Shown piece after piece: positions 9,314-15,856 of a stretch of 41,603 bases of DNA; the first letter of the stretch is position 1; the number at the start of each line of letters is the position of its first letter. The position numbers and the translations under genes were made by a program. The DNA is taken from assembly GCA_005879775.1 (NCBI GenBank), contig VBJX01000001.1:12671-54273 (forward strand), written 5' to 3'. The DNA is from Chloroflexota bacterium (lineage in GTDB: Bacteria > Chloroflexota > Limnocylindria > QHBO01). The notes beneath the pieces were generated by a model. That model saw nothing but the letters and a program-made list of their open reading frames with translations, was not told the origin of the DNA and made no database searches.

Positions 9314-9357
9314 GGCCGGACCCCCACCGCCGTCCGCCAGTCGAGAGCCTGATCCGC

Positions 9358-11616
9358 ATGACCTTCGATCGCGTGGCCATCGTTGAGGCAGCCCTGGACG
9401 CTTCGCTGGAGCAGGCTGCCGCCCCGGCCGCGCGCCTGGCGCCCGACGCGCCACTCCGCGACGGGAGCAGCCTCACCGCCCGCAAGGCGCTCGAGCTCTT
9501 CGAGGACCAGGTCACCTCTCGCCAGCTCGACGTGGCCGCCAGAGAGCTGAAGAAGGAGAACCGCTCTTTCTACACCATCGGCAGCGCCGGACACGAGAAC
9601 AACGTGGTGCTGGGCGCCCAGCTGCGCATCACCGATCCCGCGTTCCTGCACTACCGGTCCGGTGCCTTCATGATGGCCCGCGCTCGCCAGCTGCCGGGGA
9701 CCACCCCGGCCTTCGACACGCTGCTCGGAATCGTGGCCAGCAGCGAGGATCCGATCGCGCAGGGACGTCACAAGGTATGGGGCAGCCGGCCGCTCTGGGT
9801 GCCTCCCCAGACCTCGACCATCGCCAGCCATCTCCCCAAGGCGATGGGCCTGGCGTTCAGCCTGGCGCGGGCGCGGCGGCTGGGCGTGGCGATCGACCTG
9901 CCTGACGACGCGATCGTGGTCTGCTCGTTCGGCGACGCCAGCGTCAACCACGCCACCGCCCTGTCGGCGATCAACACCGCCCGCTACGCCGTCCGCATCG
10001 GGCTCCCCATGCCGATCCTGTTCCTCTGCGAGGACAACGAGACCGGGATCAGCGTTCCGACTCCCGAGGGCTGGATCGCCGGCACCTTCTCGCAGATGGA
10101 GCACCTGCGCTACGACCTCGCCGACGGCGAGATCGACGAGGTCTGGGATACGGTCAGCGAGGCGGTGCGCTTCGTGCGCGGCGCCCGCCGGCCCGCGTTC
10201 CTGCATCTGCGGACGGTGCGCCTGTGGGGCCATGCCGGCAGCGACGCCGAGACGAGCTACCGGTCGGCGGCCGAGATCGCCGCCATCGAGGCGCGTGACC
10301 CGCTGGTGCGCAACGCCCGGCGCCTGATCGAAACGGGGGCCGCCACGGCCGAAGAGATCGCTGCTCTCCTGGAGGAGACCCGCACGAGGGTTCGGGCAGC
10401 CGCGGAGGAGGCGACCCATCGCCCGCGGCTGTCGACCACCGAGGAGGTGGTCGCTCCCCTCGCCCCATGGCACTCGGAGCGGGTCGCGGGCCGCGCGGCG
10501 CGGCCGGTCCTTGACCCCGCAGCCCGGCGCGAGCTCTTCGACGGCACGCTTCCCGAGGAGGTGCCCGGCCCGAACGCACGCACCCTGGCCGGCTGCCTGA
10601 ACGCGGCCATGGCCGATGAGCTGGCGCGCCGGCCGGAGCTGATCGTGTTCGGCGAGGACGTGGGCCGTAAGGGCGGCGTCTACAACGTCACCAACGGCCT
10701 GCAGCGCCGATTCGGAGTCGGGCGGGTCTTCGACACCCTGCTCGACGAGACGAGCATCCTGGGTATCGCGCAGGGTGCGGCCCACATCGGGATGCTGCCG
10801 ATGCCAGAGATTCAGTACCTGGCCTACCTGCACAACGCCCTTGACCAGCTGCGCGGCGAGGCAGCGACCCTCCAGTTCTTCAGCTCGGGCCAGTTCCGCA
10901 ACCCGATGGTGGTGCGCGTCCCAGGGCTTGCCTATCAGAAGGGCTTCGGAGGCCACTTCCACAACGACAACAGCGTTGGGGCGCTGCGGGACATCCCGGG
11001 CCTGATCCTGGCCGTCCCGGCCCGCGGCGACGATGCGGCACGCATGCTGCGCGGGGCGATCGCGGCAGCCGCGGAAGAAGGGCGGGTGGTGGTCTTCCTG
11101 GAGCCGATCGCGCTCTACCACGAGAAGGACCTGTACGCCGATGGGGACGGCGGCTGGCTGACGGAGTACCCCGCTCCGCCATCGACGTTGCTGCCGGGGC
11201 AGATCGGCGTCTACGCGCCGCCCGATACCGAGCCGGCGGACGTGATGATCGTCAGCTATGCGAACGGGTTGCGCCTCTCGCTGCAGGCCGCGCGGCGTCT
11301 GCGCGAGAACCACGGGATCAGTGTCGAGGTGCTCGACCTGCGCTGGCTGAGCCCGCTCCCCTTCGAGGCGATCCGCGAGCACGCCGCCGTCACCGGCTCC
11401 GTGCTGATCGTCGACGAGTGCCGCCGAACGGGCGGCGGGGTGGCCGATGCGCTGGTGGCCGACCTCGCCGAGGCAGGCATCGGGCATCGGCTTGCCTCGA
11501 TCCGAGCGGTCGACAGCTTCGTGCCGCTGGGAAGCGCCGCGAACGCCGTGCTGGTGGGGACCGACCAGATCGTGGCCTCGGCCTTGACTGCCGTGACCGG
11601 GCTCGCTCGGACATGA
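9358..11616 (+). CDS. fused alpha/beta E1 component of a 2-oxoacid dehydrogenase (ThDP-dependent)
   Basis: The N-terminal half resembles E1-alpha, with a ThDP motif (SFGDASVNHA...LFLCEDNETGIS). The C-terminal half resembles E1-beta/transketolase-Pyr plus a C-terminal domain (VFGEDVGRKGGVYNVTNGL...VFDTLLDETSILG...VEVLDLRWLSPLP). It is one uninterrupted 752-aa frame. Confidence 0.9.
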   Translation: MTFDRVAIVEAALDASLEQAAAPAARLAPDAPLRDGSSLTARKALELFEDQVTSRQLDVAARELKKENRSFYTIGSAGHENNVVLGAQLRITDPAFLHYRSGAFMMARARQLPGTTPAFDTLLGIVASSEDPIAQGRHKVWGSRPLWVPPQTSTIASHLPKAMGLAFSLARARRLGVAIDLPDDAIVVCSFGDASVNHATALSAINTARYAVRIGLPMPILFLCEDNETGISVPTPEGWIAGTFSQMEHLRYDLADGEIDEVWDTVSEAVRFVRGARRPAFLHLRTVRLWGHAGSDAETSYRSAAEIAAIEARDPLVRNARRLIETGAATAEEIAALLEETRTRVRAAAEEATHRPRLSTTEEVVAPLAPWHSERVAGRAARPVLDPAARRELFDGTLPEEVPGPNARTLAGCLNAAMADELARRPELIVFGEDVGRKGGVYNVTNGLQRRFGVGRVFDTLLDETSILGIAQGAAHIGMLPMPEIQYLAYLHNALDQLRGEAATLQFFSSGQFRNPMVVRVPGLAYQKGFGGHFHNDNSVGALRDIPGLILAVPARGDDAARMLRGAIAAAAEEGRVVVFLEPIALYHEKDLYADGDGGWLTEYPAPPSTLLPGQIGVYAPPDTEPADVMIVSYANGLRLSLQAARRLRENHGISVEVLDLRWLSPLPFEAIREHAAVTGSVLIVDECRRTGGGVADALVADLAEAGIGHRLASIRAVDSFVPLGSAANAVLVGTDQIVASALTAVTGLART

Positions 11617-12632
11617 CCGATCGCGCCGTCCTGGCCTGTCCCGGGCGCGGCTCCTATTCCTCGACCTCGCTTGGCTCCCTGCCGGACAACCATCCATGGG
11701 TCGTCCGCGCCGAACAGCTGCGCGCCGAGTACAAGCTCGAGCCGCTCCTCTCCCTCGACCAGTCCCCGCGCTTCGACCCGGCGCGCCACCTGCAGCCGGT
11801 CAATGCCTCGCCGCTCATCTTCCTGGTGTCGCTCATCGATGCGGAGGCAGCTGCCCATGACTACGACATCAGCGCGGTGATCGGCAACTCGCTGGGCTGG
11901 TACACGGCCCTGGCCGTGACCGGAGCGCTCGCCTTCGACGACGCCTTTCGCCTCGTCCAGGAGATGTCGATCCTGCAGCAGGAACCACTCCCGAAGGGCG
12001 GCCCGGGGGGCCAGGTCATCTACCCACTGACCGATGCGGCCTGGCGGCCCGACCCGCGGCTCCGCGCCGCGATCAGTGCGGTGCTCGAGGCCCCCAGCCG
12101 CAACGGGGACGGCCACGTCCACGAGAGCATCGACCTGGGCGGCTATGCGGTCCTGGCCGGCGACGAGGCCGGCGTGGCGCGGCTGCTGAACGGCCTCACA
12201 CCCGTCCGCGTCGGCGAGCGGCTCTTCCCGCTGCGCCTGTCGCAGCACGGCCCGTACCACACGCCGCTCGTCGCCCACGTGGCGCGCGCGGCCAGGAAGC
12301 GCCTCGGAGGGCTCGGCTGGCGAGCGCCATCGGCCACCATGGTCGACGGCCGTGGGGCGCGCTGGACGCCGCTCTCCACCGATCCCGCTGCGCTGCGTGA
12401 CTACACGCTCGGGCAGCAGGTGACCACCCCATACCGATTCGCGCTGAGCGTGCACGTCGCGCTCCGCGAGGACGCGCCCGACGTCCTCCTCCTCCCCGGA
12501 CCGGGCAATTCGCTGGGAGGGATCTGCGGGCAGCTGGTCGTGGCCGAGGGCTATCGCGGCGTCCGATCCCGCGAGGAGTTCGAGGCGGCGCAGCGCTCGG
12601 AGGCACCGATCGTCCTGAGCATGCGGCGCTGA
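11613..12632 (+). CDS. FabD-like acyltransferase (malonyl-CoA:ACP transacylase superfamily), atypical
   Basis: LACPGRGSY (cf. FabD FPGQGSQ), the nucleophile elbow GNSLGWYTA (cf. GHSLGEYSA) and the His motif GPYHTPLV (cf. FHSPLM). Its ATG 11613 overlaps the E1 stop as ATGA. Confidence 0.8.
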   Translation: MTDRAVLACPGRGSYSSTSLGSLPDNHPWVVRAEQLRAEYKLEPLLSLDQSPRFDPARHLQPVNASPLIFLVSLIDAEAAAHDYDISAVIGNSLGWYTALAVTGALAFDDAFRLVQEMSILQQEPLPKGGPGGQVIYPLTDAAWRPDPRLRAAISAVLEAPSRNGDGHVHESIDLGGYAVLAGDEAGVARLLNGLTPVRVGERLFPLRLSQHGPYHTPLVAHVARAARKRLGGLGWRAPSATMVDGRGARWTPLSTDPAALRDYTLGQQVTTPYRFALSVHVALREDAPDVLLLPGPGNSLGGICGQLVVAEGYRGVRSREEFEAAQRSEAPIVLSMRR

Positions 12633-12634
12633 GC

Positions 12635-13552
12635 ATGTCCGTTCCCCGCGCGACGATGGGCCCCGATGCCGAGCTGCTCGTCCCTTTGAGTGACCCGATT
12701 GATCTGATCCGCACCCTGGCGCCCATCGCCCATGGTTCGGGTGACCCGACGATCCGCTTCGAGTCCGATGGGATCTGGCGCGCCACGCGAACAGCTGGCG
12801 GGCCGGCAACGCTGCGCCTCGCCGAAGCCGACGGCGGCATCTCCGTCACTGCCTGGGGACCGGGTGCCGGCAGGGCGCTTGATGGCGCCGCCGACCTGAT
12901 CGGCGCCAACGACGATCCGTCGCAGCTGAAGCCGCGCCACCGGCTCATCGCCGAGCTTGCGCGACGCAATCGCGGGCTGCGCCTGCCCCGCACCAACCGC
13001 CCATTCGAGGCTCTCTTGCCGGCGATCTGCGAGCAGAAGGTGACCGGCACCGAGGCGCGGGCGGCGTTCCGCGGTATCGTGCGTGCATACGGCGAGCCGG
13101 CTCCGGGGCCCGGGGGGTTGCGACTGGCGCCGACCGCATCGGTCCTGGCCGGGCTACCCTACTTCGCCTTCCATCGCTTCGGGCTGGAGCGCCGCCGCTC
13201 CGAGGTGATCATCGCGGCCGCACGGCTCGCTCCGCGCCTGGAGGGACTGGACGACCACGAGGCCCTCCGCCGCCTCCGGGCGGTGCCGGGCATCGGTCCG
13301 TGGACCATTGCCGAGGTGGCGAGGGTGGCCTTCGGTGATCCGGACGCGGTCAGCGTCGGCGACTACCACCTGCCGAACCTCGTCGGCTGGGCCCTGGCTC
13401 GCGAGCCGCGCGCCGACGACGCTCGGATGCTTCAGCTCCTGGAGCCGTACCACGGTCAGCGCGGGCGGGTGCAGCGGCTCCTGGAGGCGAGCGGGCTGCA
13501 GGCGCCCCGCTACGGACCGCGCATGGCACCACAGCGCATCGCCGAGATGTAG
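12635..13552 (+). CDS. DNA-3-methyladenine glycosylase II family protein (AlkA-like, HhH-GPD)
   Basis: HhH-GPD signature LRAVPGIGPWTIAEVARVAFGDPDAVSVGDYHL (Gly/Pro hairpin plus catalytic Asp). It starts 2 nt after the acyltransferase stop. Confidence 0.8.
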   Translation: MSVPRATMGPDAELLVPLSDPIDLIRTLAPIAHGSGDPTIRFESDGIWRATRTAGGPATLRLAEADGGISVTAWGPGAGRALDGAADLIGANDDPSQLKPRHRLIAELARRNRGLRLPRTNRPFEALLPAICEQKVTGTEARAAFRGIVRAYGEPAPGPGGLRLAPTASVLAGLPYFAFHRFGLERRRSEVIIAAARLAPRLEGLDDHEALRRLRAVPGIGPWTIAEVARVAFGDPDAVSVGDYHLPNLVGWALAREPRADDARMLQLLEPYHGQRGRVQRLLEASGLQAPRYGPRMAPQRIAEM

Positions 13553-13553
13553 G

Positions 13554-14528
13554 TCAGCGGCGTCGCAGGACGCGCGACATCCACTTGAGCGCCACCTGAA
13601 ATCGCTCGTTCCGACGACCACCGTGGTTCCCCGGGTTCTCGGTGGCTCTGTGCGCGATCCCCGCCTCCCGGAGCCGATGGCTGAGGACGCGATGACCCCA
13701 GTGCAGGCTGTAGTCGTCCTGGTCCCCGACATCGAGCAGGATGCCTGCCAGCTGCCGGAGGTTGTCCAGTCGGTCGTGGACATTGACCACCGGATCGAAC
13801 CTCAGCCAGCGATCCCAGACCTCCTGGCGCAGCTCTCCACTGGGCCAGGCCACGGGCAGGTCGACGTGGAACGGCGGGTTATCAGGATTGGGTGAGTAGG
13901 TCGCGGAGTAGTCGTAGACGAGCTCCGACCAGACGTTCCCCTTGACCGGGCCGTTGGGGGCCTTGGGCCAGATGCTGTCGAGGTACTTGTAGAGGATGAA
14001 CTTGTGGGTCAGGTCCAGGAACGAGTCGCCCGACAGCATGGCCAGCGCACCGAAGACGTCCGGATGGCGCGAGCCAAGGTTCCACGCTCCGAAGCCCCCC
14101 GACGAGAAACCGAACACCCCCCGACTGCCTGCGTGCGGGATCGTCCGGTAGGCAGCGTCGACAGTCGGGATCACGTCGTGCAGCACGTACTGCTCGAAGT
14201 CGCCCGTTACCGGCGAGTCCACCCACTGGCCGCACCCCCAGCGCGACGCGCCGTCCGGAATGGCGACGATCATCGGTGGCACGCCCATGCGCCCGAAGAC
14301 CGGGTCGAGGACGTCCTGGATCGGCGGCTTCCAGCGCACCCCATCGCTCGGGGGGCTCACGACCTGCGCAGCGGTCTCGCCGTTGGCGTGCAGCAGGTAG
14401 GCCGTAGGGTATCGGCGCTTCGAGGCCTCATACCCCGGCGGCAGGTAGACGAACAGGTCTCGTTCGGACGGATCACCAAGCAGGTTGCCGGCGAGATGGG
14501 CGCTCTCGACGCGCGTGTGAACGATCAC
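13554..14528 (-). CDS. esterase-family alpha/beta hydrolase (PF00756 putative esterase / enterochelin-esterase-like)
   Basis: LFVYLPPGY...YPTAYLLH...GVFGFSSGGFGAW (GxSxG nucleophile elbow) ...LLDVGDQDDY...GNHG. It is convergent with alkA-like, with a 1-nt gap. Confidence 0.8.
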   Translation of the reverse strand: MIVHTRVESAHLAGNLLGDPSERDLFVYLPPGYEASKRRYPTAYLLHANGETAAQVVSPPSDGVRWKPPIQDVLDPVFGRMGVPPMIVAIPDGASRWGCGQWVDSPVTGDFEQYVLHDVIPTVDAAYRTIPHAGSRGVFGFSSGGFGAWNLGSRHPDVFGALAMLSGDSFLDLTHKFILYKYLDSIWPKAPNGPVKGNVWSELVYDYSATYSPNPDNPPFHVDLPVAWPSGELRQEVWDRWLRFDPVVNVHDRLDNLRQLAGILLDVGDQDDYSLHWGHRVLSHRLREAGIAHRATENPGNHGGRRNERFQVALKWMSRVLRRR

Positions 14529-14569
14529 ATCGAAACCATCCTGGGTGCGGGGCGCGGTCAGCGTCGGAG

Positions 14570-14643
14570 CGTCCCCGGCAGGATTCGAACCTGCGACCCG
14601 CTGCTTAGAAGGCAGCCGCTCTGGTCCACTGAGCTACGGGGAC
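14570..14643 (-). tRNA. tRNA-Arg (anticodon TCT)
   Basis: Hand-folded 74-nt cloverleaf: acceptor GTCCCCG/CGGGGAC, D stem GCTC/GAGC, anticodon stem GCTGC/GCAGC with loop CTTCTAA, T arm GCAGG-TTCGAAT-CCTGC, discriminator G. No CCA is encoded. Confidence 0.9.
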
Positions 14644-14687
14644 CCCGCCAAAGGATAGCCGGGCAACGTTGCTAGACTGCCAGGGAC

Positions 14688-14987
14688 ATGGCCGACGAGC
14701 CGATCATCGCCCCGGTCCAGCTTCAGCCGACCCAGATCGAGGTCGACAAGCAGCTGCTGCGCGACGAGGACCTGCTCAACGAGGAGCACCTTCGGCGCAT
14801 GGACCAGGTCCTCCTGCGCCGCAACCTCGATCATGCCCGGATGTTCAGCCGCAAGCTCTCATTGGAGCTCCAGCAGTTCGTTCATCTCTACACGCCCGAG
14901 GCAAACGAGCTCCGCCGCCGGATCGAGAAGTACCTCGTCATGGAGCGGATGATCGAACGGGAGATGGCCCGCCGCCATACGTACTGA
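14688..14987 (+). CDS. hypothetical 99-aa charged/helical protein
   Basis: An ATG ORF with a strong G/C third-position bias and a non-junk composition (K/E/L/R-rich, predicted helical). I recognise no family. TAGACT (14673-14678) ends 9 nt upstream of the ATG, suggesting a near-leaderless transcript. Confidence 0.55.
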   Translation: MADEPIIAPVQLQPTQIEVDKQLLRDEDLLNEEHLRRMDQVLLRRNLDHARMFSRKLSLELQQFVHLYTPEANELRRRIEKYLVMERMIEREMARRHTY

Positions 14988-15166
14988 GTACCCCCGAGGG
15001 CGCCTCCGGATGCCCGATTGTGGATTAGTGAGGTGCCCAGTACGTACGTATGTGGACAACTTCGCAGGCGCAGAAAGAAGGGCGTTGCCTTTGCGCAACG
15101 GGGGAAGCGTTGTGCGCCGGGTAGCGCCGCCTGCGGGGCCAGTCGGCCTTCGACCAGGGGGTTGCG

Positions 15167-15484
15167 CTAGGCGATGGCCGGGGCCATCGGGACCACCTCG
15201 GTGGGCTCGGACTGCGAGGCGAGGACCGTTCGCACCCAGCCTGCCAGCCTCGGCATCTCGAACAGGCTGAAGGTCAAACCGTGGGCTTCGAATTGATCGT
15301 GATCCCAGCCATTGAACTCGCGACGACCGGCAACTGCACACATTTCGTCGTAGAGCTCGGGCCAGCCGACCCTCCGTCGATGGTGGCAGAAGCGGATGAA
15401 TTCGATCACGTGCGGCGGCGGCGACTCGACAGTTGATCCGTCCGGGAGCGACCCGTTCGAGGCCGCGTGAGGCCGCTGGTACAT
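15167..15484 (-). CDS. hypothetical 105-aa protein
   Basis: Composition looks like a real protein (VIEFIRFCHHRRRVGWPELYDEMCAVAGRREFNGWDHDQFEAHGLTFSLFEMPRLAGW). It uses noticeably more A/T-ending codons than its neighbours. The overlapping plus-strand ORF 15010..15270 is Arg/Pro/Gly junk. No family recognised. Confidence 0.5.
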   Translation of the reverse strand: MYQRPHAASNGSLPDGSTVESPPPHVIEFIRFCHHRRRVGWPELYDEMCAVAGRREFNGWDHDQFEAHGLTFSLFEMPRLAGWVRTVLASQSEPTEVVPMAPAIA

Positions 15485-15611
15485 CCGTCTGCTCCCTGCT
15501 GGCGAGGCTTGAGTTGGGCGAACCGGTCCGGGACCGAGGGTGATCGCGGGGCCGGAGAATACGCGCTGGCGCCGAATAGTATTGGTCCGGATCGGCCTTG
15601 CGAAGGGGGTA

Positions 15612-15662
15612 TGTCCACGAACTTGTCCACATTTATTTCCACAAGGGGGTCCGGGGTGGACA
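15612..15662 (+). promoter_or_regulatory. candidate operator array / promoter region upstream of the copper ATPase
   Basis: Three direct repeats at an exact 12-bp period: TGTCCACGAACT (15612), TGTCCACATTTA (15624) and TTTCCACAAGGG (15636). An inverted copy GTGGACA lies at 15656-15662. All sit in the only AT-enriched patch of this divergent intergenic region. Confidence 0.3.
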
Positions 15663-15731
15663 GGTCTCCAAAACCTGGTGGAGAAGGTTGCCGGATGGCA
15701 CCGAATCTTCCCTGCGATAGCCTATGAGCCG

Positions 15732-15856
15732 ATGAACCACGACGCCCATGCCGGGCATGACATGCCGATGAACCACGACGCCCATGCCGGGCATGACATG
15801 CCGATGAACCACGACGCCCATGCCGGCCATGACATGCCGATGAACCACGACGCCCA
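15732..15856 (+). repeat. 36-bp in-frame tandem repeat, about 3.5 copies
   Basis: Units at 15732-15767 and 15768-15803 are identical. Unit 15804-15839 differs by one synonymous G to C change. A fourth unit matches for its first 17 nt. Confidence 0.95.

Noticed and set aside
7517-9352. 611-aa plus-strand ORF spanning the potA-like and EamA loci
   Set aside because: The first half is antisense to the PotA-like ATPase and the second half is an off-frame reading of the EamA gene. It is extremely Arg/Gly/Pro-rich. The recognisable genes explain the DNA.
9307-11697. 796-aa ORF on the minus strand, the longest in the region
   Set aside because: It is antisense to the clearly recognisable fused E1 gene. 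Its composition is Arg/Gly/Ala/Pro/Asp-dominated with no motif. This is the typical shadow ORF of very GC-rich coding DNA.
15732-15856. 36-bp repeats as a possible CRISPR array
   Set aside because: The units are head-to-tail with no spacers and are in frame with the copB start, encoding a His-rich peptide repeat. No cas genes are present in the window.
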